From Lepidodermella squamata (lineage: Eukaryota; Animalia; Gastrotricha): DNA of 64,000 nucleotides. A program made the translations under genes and the position numbers. Below the pieces are notes generated by a model. That model ran no database searches and was not told the origin of the DNA. It saw nothing but the letters and a program-made list of their open reading frames with translations. The stretch spans positions 4,154,001 to 4,218,000 of the forward strand of contig JBLDXI010000054.1 in NCBI GenBank assembly GCA_047495785.1, written 5' to 3'. Below are positions 52,779 to 64,000 of this stretch, piece after piece (the first letter of the stretch is position 1; each line of letters begins with the position of its first letter).

Positions 52779-55700
52779 TCAATTTAAAGCCATGTTTGGC
52801 GGATCAGAACCGAATCGCTGGCGGTAGAGAGTTGAATACAGGGCACCTGCTTTTGTGGGATCGATGTAGGCCTCGCAAACGTAACACCACAACGAGAGAT
52901 CTGAAAGCCCAAGTGCCATAGCATGCCTGCTCCCAGTTTGAGCGAAATGCTCCAGTGCATGACCCGAACGGTGGCGACCGCAGCCGACTTGAAAGCAGGC
53001 CAGACAAATCCATCCCTCGAATTTGTCTCCACAGGAATCACAAGCGTTTTCGCCTAAACATAAAATACATTTAGCTCATAAATTATCATTCAGCGATGAC
53101 ATCTAAGGCCCCAGTCAAAAATGTTCACCATCATCTTCAATCATCCAATTAAGTCAAAATAAGTTAGATAAGATTGCATTTTTAGTTACCTGACAAGCCG
53201 GTGGGTAAATCTGATGCTTTTCGGCAGCATATAGCATACGATTCGTGTTTGCATCCGGGTAACACTTCCACAAGAAATCCAGTTTCGTCATTCAATCCGG
53301 AAGCAGATTGTGAGCCTATTCCAGGGGGCGTGGACAATCCAAGAGCTGAAGCAGTATTTGGAGCGACCGAGGTCGGGGTTACTTCAATCGTCACACGATT
53401 AAATGCCGCAGCTAAGGCATCTTCGTCTAGCATGGGTTTACTCTCAGCAGCTGGAAAATTAGGGGTCTGCATGGGCGGCGGCGGTGGCTGCACCGCTGGT
53501 GAAACTGACGAGTCGGGATTCGCTGGTGACGGGGTTTGACGAATATTTCTGTAACCTTTCTTGGTAGTCGTCGAGCTCGCTTTCTCGCTGGCACTCGCGG
53601 CCGCATCTCCGTCCGTAGGGATGCTGACTCTGAAAGGTGCGAGACAACGCCAGTACTCGCTTTGAGTTTCCAAAACAAGTGAAATAGTCTCAACAGCAGT
53701 CGACAAGGGTTTCTCAAGTCCAGTCGCTGCAAAAGCTGGAGTCATACCGAGTAGGGCGAGGCAGCAAGCTTCCGAAGCATCAGAAATGCTCTTCAAATTG
53801 TAGCCACCTTCCAAAGCAATCACGCACCGTCCTCCTGCAAGCGATGACAAATACAAAGTCATCGCTGCATACGCTTCTGGTGTCACATTGTACCCGCCCA
53901 ACGGATCACCAACAGCGGCATCGAATCCCGCTGAGATGAAGACAAGTTGTGGGCTATACTCATAGGCGATAGGCATGATTATTCTCTCAAATGCTGCCAA
54001 GTATTCACTGGCACCCATCTTGCCTCCTGACCACGGAATGTTGACATTGTGACCAACTCCTTTCCAGTTACCAACCACATCGTAGTCGCCTTCTTTTTTA
54101 CCCGGGTAAAAGCGACCATTTTCGAATCGGTGGAGGGATATGTACAGGAAGTGAGGATCATCAATGAAAATCGCCGATGTTCCGTCGCCAAAATGCACAT
54201 CCCAGTCAACAATCAAAATTCGATCCAGCTTGTATTTCTCCTTCGCAACCTTGGCCGCCACTGCAACATTGTTAAAAAGACAAAACCCGGCGGCACAGAA
54301 CGAGTCTGAATGATGGCCCGGAGGGCGAATCGCCGCGAATGCAGAGGCAGAGTTACCCGTCATCACGGAGTCAACAGCATCAATCAACCCTCCGGCGGCG
54401 TGCAGAGCCGAAGTAAGCGATTCGGGGCATGCATACAGCGAGTTTTGATCGCTAGCCCATTCGCTAACCTGAGAAGTGGACAACTTAGGCAGGCTGAACA
54501 CTTGATCGACGTGCCCGGGCGTGTGGACTGAAATAAGCTCATCTCGAGTCGCCGGACGGGACTGAATTACTTGAACTGTTCCGTCGTTTTTCAGCTCATC
54601 GCTCAAGATTTTCGTATCCCTCAGTCGCTGAACGATAGAAATTACTCGCTCAGGACATTCTGGGTGGCCGAACTCATGATCTGGCGGCTGATAACAAATT
54701 AGATGAAAATTTTAGCTTAAAAATAAGAACTTTTTAATTAAAATTACCTTATGCAGGTGCATAGCGTCTCCTTGGCTTATAACTAAGCAGAGACGCGCAA
54801 ATTTGGCCAACGGTCTTGGCACAAACAGAACAGCGTTGATTCTCCGTTCCATTTCAGCCGTAACTTCAGGAGCTTGATACCCGGAGTTCTGATCAACGGT
54901 CCACAGATCGAAGGTGGGTCGGTATTCGTCGATATATCTGGCTTTCGTGCGGCGCTTGCTAGCTGTCGCGAGCCAACTTTTCCACGGCTGCTCATCCGAC
55001 GAAGTTTTACCGTGGTACGCGAACACAGAGGGCCAATAAGGCCGAAGCTTCCGAATTAGGAGCAGTAGGGTTCTCACGAGGACAGGATCGCATGGGCTGA
55101 CAGCGCCCGATGGCAGCAAAGGCGCCGGCTCGCCGAGTAGGTCCCGCAGAGTTAAAGCGGCTCCCTCTGCTAGGGATTTCAAATTGTAGCCACCCTCGAG
55201 GAGGACACATACTTTTCCATCAGCAAACTGTCTGGCCATGTGCGTCAAATGGGCGTAGCCGGCAGGCGAAATGAGCATCTCACCTTCAGGACAACCAATC
55301 GCAGCATCGTACCCAGCCGAGATTATCACCAATTCAGGGTTGTATTCTCGAGCGATCGGGCTGATGATTTGTTGAAAAATGGCAATGTATTCCGAGTCTC
55401 CCATGCCAGTTTTGTTCAATGGAATGTTAATATTGAATCCTCTACCCTTGCCAGCTCCAATGTAATCCAAGTCACTCTCCCGCAGATAAGGCCAGAATGC
55501 AGCATATTCAAATCGGTGGACGGAAATGTACAAAACTTCTCTGCTGTTGTAGAAGATCCGCTGCGTACCTTGACCATGCTGTTAATGTATAGATAGGCAT
55601 GAACTACGAATCAGTTTAAAGGGGCCTCGAACTTACATGAACATCCCAATCAATAATAAGAATGCTGAAATAAATAATTCGATTGATTTTGATACATCAG

Positions 55701-56490
55701 AGTGAGACGGGGACATACCGACGAAGGCCCCTCTGGATAGCTCGCTTTGCTGCTAGAGCTGCGTTGTTAAAAAAGCAATAGCCATTTGCCTTATCACATG
55801 ATGCATGATGACCCGGCGGCCTGATTATAGCCATCCCATTGTTTATCTGCCTGAGGCGAACACGGAACGTTAAATAATGTACCTTAGGAAAAATGCGCGC
55901 ATTTACCCCGTCAGGATAGCTTCAACAAGGTTGAGAGTGCAGCCTGCTGATAGCAAGGCGCAGGAGTAAGCAGCATTGTCAAAATGAGTCCCATGTTTCT
56001 CGGAGAGTTTGATAAGCTCAGCATCATCAGCTTTTTCCGACCGATGCATGTCTGCGAGAAGACCTTCAGTGTGAATTGTAGCAATCTCCTCATCCGTTGC
56101 ATATCGAGGCTTCATTACTCAAATTGCATTTTCTTTTCAAAAAATTCTCTGCTAAAAATACCGGAATTTTCACGCATTTGTCCACTAAACCCAGCTCGCG
56201 AGCTCGATCATAGCAAACGGAAATCCTCTCCGGTCGCTCGGCTGCAATTAAATGCATGAAGGTCAAACTGACATGAAAAAACATTTCTGACATACCGTGA
56301 TCGGGCATCCATTTGTGTCTCGTTACAAGCATTCTTTCGGATAAAGGAATGTTACACTAGAAATTTCAACCGTAAAATACTACCTTTCATCGTAAACCAA
56401 ACCGGTTCGAAGTCTAGGCGGTTCAACGGCCGAAGTTGAAGTCCGCTTAACCGGTGTGTTCGAATTTGAGCGCAGTTGTCGGCGCTCCAT
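52779..56490 (-). CDS. HDAC6: Histone deacetylase 6 (two class IIb deacetylase domains plus ZnF-UBP)
   Basis: Two sets of RPPGHH/DWDVH/SAGxD/LEGGY motifs. The last exon encodes CDSC...[22 protein letters not shown]...[13 protein letters not shown] (ZnF-UBP). Confidence 0.96.
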
Positions 56491-57604
56491 GCTATCTGTA
56501 ATTTGAAGTCTAAACAAAATTCAAAAGACAGATTTAATTTGAAATTAGTTTTCATTCTGTCGCCGATCGCCACCAGGCTACACTCTCAAAACCCCGCATA
56601 AGCTTCAGTCAGATATCAGAACCAGTGATTAATGATGATTAGTGGAAGTAGTAGTGAAATAAAGTTCTACGTTCACCGAAACAAAACAAGTTTCACCACT
56701 TGAAAAACAAATAACGATCGCACCCGGCAATATTACGCATTCCCAACAATTTTGAACTATCATTCAAATAGAACCCACACTCGGAAGAAAAATTCTAGCA
56801 TTTGCATATTATTTCACACGGTCAGAAAGGCGAGGCGACATGATACCAGACGGAAGATGCAATAAAACAAAGGACAGTAGGTCAAATATCGTTCAATGAA
56901 AGGATCTTATCAGCAGGAAGTATTGCTATGAAACACTAAAGGTGGGGATCAGTAAAATTTAACAACAGCTTTTTAGCAGTAAATAGATGGCAAAACAATT
57001 ATCAAAAGACAAATGTGGCAGAAAATGAACTAAACGTATTTCATTGCGCAAAAAGGCGAAAGATTTTTATTGCTGCTGCTATATTATAATATCGTCGTAG
57101 CGTTTTTTGTGGTATTCGAAACCTTCGCACAAATAGAAAGCATTAACAAAATAAATAAGATTCATAATTTGCCAATAAACAATGCATAATCGCGCGAAGT
57201 TAATTGCATAATCTACATTTGCATACGTCAGTTAGCTAGCAACGCGGCAAACTGAGGAAACAGCATTTTTTGTACATGAAGCAAGACTCGGCTGAAAACT
57301 CTCTAGGAATGATGATAACTGCCAAGTATGTATGATACACACGGATTAACAACACTAACCGTTCGGTGCAAGCGCAAGATGATAAAATAACATTTGCTGC
57401 ATAATGAAGCTTGTATTCACAGTTAGTTCAAGCGGCCATAATACTTCAATCCGCAATACAGAAAATATAAGATGACCAGTAATATTCAATATTCAACTCG
57501 AAGAATAGCAGCAACAGAAAACGTATGGAAGAACTTTAATAAGACTGAATATGAGCCAAAGGACGGAAGCGGAGCAGGTAAAACTAATGGCAAAATAGTT
57601 TCTC

Positions 57605-60600
57605 TTATGAACACAAACACTTAGTACGATCCTTCTTTCGTTTGCTCGATGTGCTTTCGCCTCGAACAAGGTTGGCAACACTACCGGCAACCCGCTGATG
57701 GAAAACTTCAGCTGGGTGGCTATCAGCCGGCAAGCGCGAAGATGAACTTTCATCAGCAGCTGAGGCCGTGGTTTCGGCAGTCGAATTCGAAGGCTTCCTG
57801 AGCCGCAGTGAAAACTTTCCAATATGAAATTTACCACGCCTTTTACCAGGCGTCGGCGAGGTAACCGTCGAAAAGCTTTCAGCAGCGCTGTCCGGGTCAA
57901 CAGGTATTTCAAGGGTCTTTTTCATAGTTTTAGGGCTCAACAGAGGCGTTTCTTCGGTAGATGGGATTCGCAGCGTCAACGTTGGAGCTTCGCGAATAGT
58001 AATAACTGGTTGGTTTGTATCTTGCGACATCAGCAGTGGTTGGGTGTGATTGGCGTACTTATCCGAAAAAGCATTCTCGTCCGTTTCAAACTCTTCAAAG
58101 CCGACAAGGCCAGAATCCTGATCGCCAGCAGATGATGTAGCCCCGCTTTTATCACTCCTCGCTACCATTGGACTGGAGGCCCCGGAGCTGAAATATAGAG
58201 ATAAAATTAGCAAAATATTATTTCCCAAAATTTGATTCCTACCTGTGAGCTGCATCGCCCTTGCCCACTGGTGGGCTCAAAGATTTAGTACGCGATTCGT
58301 TAAGTGGAGTTTCAGGGGCTAATTGACTACTCATATTTGTTTTCGGCAATTTGAGGCTAGCACCGACCGAAGAATCAGCGCTGTTCGTGGAAAAACCAGG
58401 TAAAGGACTCGTAACCCTGGCTGGCTCTGGCTTTGAGTTGCCCGAATTCAAGGAAGGAGCAACAACCGGGGAGACGAAATCATCCTCTTCTTTCGCCAAA
58501 CAGATAGATGGGTCAATCGGGCTCGTTAAAGGCTGGCGAGTCGGTGGTGGCGGTGATCGCTGTCGTTTCCTCTGATAAGACAGCTGTTTACGCCGAAGAG
58601 TATTCGAGTCGAGCGATGGCAACGATCCTGTTTGATTCGTGCTCGATAGTACTGACAAATGATCCGTGTAATCGTAGCAATCGCCAACAATGCTGTCTTT
58701 AGTGCCTCTATCCAACTCGTCGCCATCCAATGCATCACTGCCAGCACAGTCTATGTCGCTATCAGCTTGATAATTACTGTTCGGAATATGAGCTTTGTGA
58801 CCCAAAAGGGTTGATTGAAGAAGACCAGTTCGATGTACAATCGGCAAAGTTCGGGTGGAAAGCGCCGCGATACCGTGCTGCACAAACTTTTGACTTGGTG
58901 GTGGCGACCAAAATGGTGAAGTTGACGAATTACTCTGCGACATAACTTCTGTAGAGGTTGACACTTTGCGTGCTCGGCTGTTGTCCATGAAACGAACTTC
59001 CAGTTTTTTCGATTTTCCGCGGCGGAAGCATCCATCGTTGACTATCACCCCATCGCCGATGAAAGTGGGCAGTGCTACTTTGTTCTGCATGAAATTAAGG
59101 GCCTTTGTAGCAACTTGCAGATTGCTGTTTGTCATATGAGCTCGCATCTTCGCCGAAAGATACTCGAACATTTCAGTGAGAGATTCGAATTCGGATGATG
59201 GATATGTAACAGGTGGACAGCTGAGTGCAGTATTGTCCTTGTTTTTCTTCCAGCTCGCCAACATTTCAGACAGAGACATGTGCTGATTCTCGCTAGCACT
59301 ACGGAAACTAGAAGGGAGAATAGGTAGAAAATTAGCAAAATAATTAAAAGAAACTATACCTCTTGAAGGCAATGCACATTGGCAAGCCACGAAGTTGTTC
59401 GATTAAGCGGGAGTAAAGATTTCGAGAAATTGAAACGCAGAAGAACCACAAGACGAGGGATACATTGGGTAGAGCATTCGAGGAGAATTCTGCTCTGTTC
59501 AGGCGCGATGAAACGCATATGCCGTCGTCTTTAGACAGCTCTACGCAAATTGACACTTCAAATGGCTCTTCACCGTTGCGATCAACTGAAAATCTGAGCA
59601 GCATTTTGCCATTGCTCATGTCGTGATCAACCAACATCAGGTCAGCCTTGTTACGGTGTGCCATGTAATATGATGGCAGAGCAGCGAGAATTCGCTGAAA
59701 CGACGATTCTAATATTGAGATTAGCTGGAAAAAATCAAATTTAAAAAATCAGAAAACTAAGTTTTTTCGCACAACGCACCTCTCCTGGGAATCCGAAATT
59801 GATAGTAAGCTGGCAATCATCAACGGCAAGCTCGGGCAGCCAATGAATAGGCCTTGTTAGGTGACAAAGGTGCGAGTAGAAATGCGGAAGTGTGTATACT
59901 CTTCGAATGAATGCACATCGATGAGCACCCAAAGGTAAAGGAGGCAAGACTTTGTCCCATGACGCGGGTGGCAAGGCGGAAGAGACGGGACAAAAGACAC
60001 CAAGCAGTCGCGACAAAGTTTCAAGCATTTCCAACTGGTCAGTGTCAGTGATTTTCCACAATGAGGGTAACATTCGCCCTAAGACCTGACCTCGCTCCAC
60101 CAAATTGACAATATTTTCGTCTAAGATGCCGTTGATAATATCAGGCAGTAAAGCATTTGCAGAATGAGAACAATTGGTGAGCTCGAGAAAGCGGGATGGG
60201 TCGATACAAATGAACGACTCCAATAACGAGGAAACAGATGACGTTAGGTAGCGGAAGTCGTAAATGACTCCGGCGTTGTGGAAGAAAGATGTCTCTCGTT
60301 CAACATCACTAGTCGGAATTCCAGCACGTTCGGCGTAATAAGCGAATTCTGCCCATGGCAATACAACAATCGAACGAAGACGTAATTGACGAATGTCTTC
60401 GTAAAGCTGCACCAAAGCTGGAGTCAATCGATGTGACAGTTGCGGGAAAAATGCCGAATTTTCAGAGCACCGTTTTAGGATGCTTTGTCTCAGCTCTGAT
60501 ATGCCTTGTCGTGAGCGGCAGGAAACAGGATGGACCAAATTTGATGTAGCTGGCGTCGTGTCAGATAAACGATTGAGAAAAATTACTTGACGTTGACAAA

Positions 60601-61951
60601 TCGGCGGCGATTTTCCGTCTTCAAAAAGTTTAGCAGATTCTTCAATGATTTCATCGGATAACTTTTTGGCTATGGAAGTTCTCAAATTCAACAGCTGGTT
60701 CAGCTTCTCTTCACAATACGCCATATTAGCGGTCAAGGAATCCGCGTTGAGAGCATCGGCATGTGTTCCGACGATTATTATGTTTGCTGATGGCACGCGA
60801 GCCCAAACAGAAAGAACATTACGAATCACCGAATCAACCCCTCCGCTGTCGGCAAGATCAAAGGCTACGATGTAAATTCCTTGTTCGATGAAAAAAATAT
60901 CTCCAAGAGCTGTGAAATCATCAGGTAGCTCCCATATTTCGAAAAGATATTTACCAGACATAGAGCCATTAGCTGACATCAACGCTGACGGATCCCATAA
61001 AGAAACGCCGCTAAAACCAGAGTTAGTTTGAGGGATGAGCAGCGGGTTATCAAAAGTCAAGCATTTTATGAGCGCTGACTTCCCAACCCCAGGCTCTCCA
61101 ATAACGAAGACTTTAATTCGATAAGTGAGTTGATAGTCGAGAAAATATGTCAGCAGTTGTTGAAATCCTTTGGGAGTGTACGCCTGGTGAACCATTTCTG
61201 AATCAGCAGCAACGGGATGAGTCAACTGCTTACATCCCAGTAGTTTCAGCTGCTTCAACTGCTGAAGGCAAACCACAGCGGATGGTAGCCTCTTTATGCC
61301 AGTGGCTTCCATGCTTATAGTTTGAAGGTTGGAGCAGCCTTTGGCTAGTGCAACCAGGGCAGTTTCTGTAATACCTGGACATTTATCGACACATATTTCT
61401 CTCAGCTCTTGATTTCGTGAAGCGACGGCTTCAACGCCAAGATCTGTGATTAACGTGCATTCACCAAAATCAGCTGACAGCAACGAGGAGCAATGTTTTG
61501 CCAGATCAGACAAGCCATGATCGCCAATCCTAGTCGATCGTAAAGAAATCGACCGCAGATTTCGACATGACTCCGCCACATTTGACAGTGAAGCGTCAGA
61601 AAAGGCCAGGCAATTGCTCAAGGTCAGGTTGGTTAACATCTGAAAATTCGAAATAAACCCGTCAATTACGGGCACTGACACGTGGTTTAATCGATTCAAG
61701 TTCAGCTTCGTGAGAGAGCCAGAGCCGCACATCCGCTGGAGTGCAAATATGTCATCGTCACCGACAACGTCTCGATCACCACTGCTACCATCAACTGTGA
61801 CGGCTTGTAAATTTACTAGTTTCCCAGCCACTGCATCGGCGAGTTTAGGGTCGATACTGCCTTCATGAACCACCAACTGCTTTACCAAATTTCCTCGTTT
61901 GATCAAGAAATCATTTACGCCTGCACTGCCTTTTTTAATCTCAAGGGACAT
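57605..61951 (-). CDS. ROCO-family protein: F-box-protein-type (Cys-containing) LRRs + Roc + COR, disordered C-terminus, no kinase; exons ~61951-59780, ~59724-59359, ~59307-58243, ~58187-57605
   Basis: LRRs such as LxxLxLSNCLAFSDASL and CTLITDLGV. P-loop KVFVIGEPGVGKSAL, IIVGTHAD, VSCRSRQGISELR. COR-like FFHNAGVIYDF...ICIDPSRF. Confidence 0.82.
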
Positions 61952-62750
61952 CTAAAGAGGTTCAAGAATATATTTACTTTCCTCTATCCTTTTCTTTTGC
62001 GATGTGTTGACACTTTCTATCCAGAGTTCTATCCAGAGTATCTATATTCTATATTCAAGATATATTCGTCTAATTGATAAGATGAAAGCTGGGGCAGAGT
62101 AAGCAATAAGCATTGAGGATCTAGGACTCGTTAATCGTCAACTGGCATAGTATCTCGCAGATCACAGAGCCTTTTCGTGTGGGTTCGAAATGAATTAGCA
62201 TTCAGCATTGAGGACAAGGGGCGTCAAGCGACGTCAAATGGAGTCAAGGAGGTAGGAGAGTTCAGAGCCAAAACTCAGCGCAAGGAGCAAGGAAGGAGAC
62301 ACTTTTCGCGGCATCATCAGTCAGCACCGGCAACAACTGACCGCACTAACTGAAAGAAAAACAGTAAGATTTTTAATAGCATCGGTGTATTTATGTCTAT
62401 TTCAATTCAATGAGTTTTTTGTCAAAATTATGGTAGTCAATATGTGTCAATACTTTATGAAAAAAATTGAAAATCCGGCGCATCTGATACGTTGTTTTGG
62501 GTATGATGATCGCGCTTAATCAAGATTGAATCATCTTGTTATTTCATGTCATCAGTCAGCTCTAATGCTCGTTAAAAGGGCTCGCTAATAATGTATTAGA
62601 AGCAGTAGACAGCGCTTTAATGGCAAAGCTAGCCAGTTTTAGGATTGCAACTGTTATATATTACTTACTTGCAAAGTACCTGTTTGCACTTTTTTCATTT
62701 TCAGTGTTTTAATTATGTTAGTGTTCAAACTGTTGTGATTTAGAAGGTTC

Positions 62751-64000
62751 ATGCTTTTTAAACGTTCCATTGGCTCAATTAGATTTGTTTTCACTCGTTT
62801 TTACTCTCGAAAAAGAATGTCAGACGCTGCAGTAGAATCGAGCCAACATGATGCAGCCGCTGGAGACAAGCCCAAGTCTCAGCCAAAAGTCTTCGAGGAA
62901 GTTTTTCCCTCGTATATTGAGCATCGTGAAAAGTTGTGGCAGAAACACAAAGCTGATTGTACGGCTCATCTGAGTAGGAAGGATAAGTCCTCGATCAAAG
63001 TAACCTACGAGTCAAAGGATGGGGAGAAAACGTTTGACGGTCTTTCATGGCAGACGACCCCCGCTGAAGTCCTAAAAAATCTTGACAAGAAGTTGTCTAA
63101 GGAGGCGATTATTGCTCGGGTTAACGGTGAATTGTGGGATCTTGAACGCCCTCTTGAAGGCGATTGCAAGTTAAAGGGATTGCGTTTCGAGGACGATGAA
63201 GAGGCTCAAGCTGTGTTTTGGCATTCCACTGCCCACGTTTTAGGAGAAGCGATGGAGCGCTATTACGGTGGCTTACTTTGCTACGGTCCACCAATTGAAA
63301 ATGGATTTTACTACGATATGTTTATGGATAATGGCAAGAGTGCAAGTGCCGACGATTTTGAACCTCTCGAAAAAATCATGACCAAAATTGTCACTGAGCG
63401 GCAACCATTTGAACGCCTCGAAATGACTCGCGATCAACTGCTGGAAATGTTTGATTACAACAAATTCAAATGTCGCATTATCCGGGAAAAGGTAATATTT
63501 ACCGCTTTTTTCGTAACGCAATAATAATTGATTGTTTACCTTTGCTCAGATCGATACCCCGACAACCACTGCATATAAATGTGGCACCTTGATTGATCTG
63601 TGCCGTGGACCTCATGTACCTAACACCGCTCTGTTGCGTGCTTTCAAGGTCACGAAGAACTCGTCTAGTTATTGGGAAGGCGATTGCAATGCCGAATCGT
63701 TGCAACGTGTCTACGGAATTTCTTTTCCCGAAAAGGATAAACTGAAGGAATGGGTGAAACTTCAAGAAGAAGCAGCCAAGCGAGATCATCGTCGTATTGG
63801 CCGAGAGCAGGAATTGTTCTTCTTCCACGAGCTCTCCCCTGGCAGTTGTTTCTTTATGCCCAAAGGTAATTATTGTCAAACTAAATTCTAGTCACCTTCA
63901 AGCGATTACCAAACGACTTAGGTGCCATTATCTACAACCGTTTGATGGAGTGGATTCGCGAAGAATACAAAAAGCGTGGCTACAGTGAAGTTATCTCGCC
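62751..64000 (+). CDS. TARS1: Threonyl-tRNA synthetase (5' part; runs off the window)
   Basis: TGS domain [81 protein letters not shown]. Confidence 0.98.

Overview
Gene-dense window from a compact animal (probably protostome) genome with typically 45-60 nt GT-AG introns. I assembled spliced gene models by hand. On the + strand: TCF/pangolin, an SMKR1-like gene, a signal-peptide+TM microprotein and the 5' part of threonyl-tRNA synthetase. On the - strand: BORCS6, a Pak3-like kinase, an orphan gene, an LDLa/mucin-stalk receptor, HROB, a Patched-related protein, CPT2, RPS14, ISY1, a decayed ADH paralogue, ADH5, UBR3, HDAC6 and an LRR-Roc-COR (ROCO) protein. LINE debris lies at 14.7-17.0 kb. No rRNA, tRNA or CRISPR was seen. 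Most notable: (1) operon-like co-oriented spacing with donor-less 3' splice acceptors just upstream of start codons, best at RPS14->CPT2, suggesting SL trans-splicing/polycistronic transcription; (2) two acceptors and two ATGs that could yield mitochondrial versus cytosolic ThrRS; (3) a kinase-less ROCO with a degenerate G3 motif and a K-Ras-like polybasic-CaaX tail; (4) small spliced genes that the ORF track misses or only partly captures. Family calls come from recalled motifs, not database searches.
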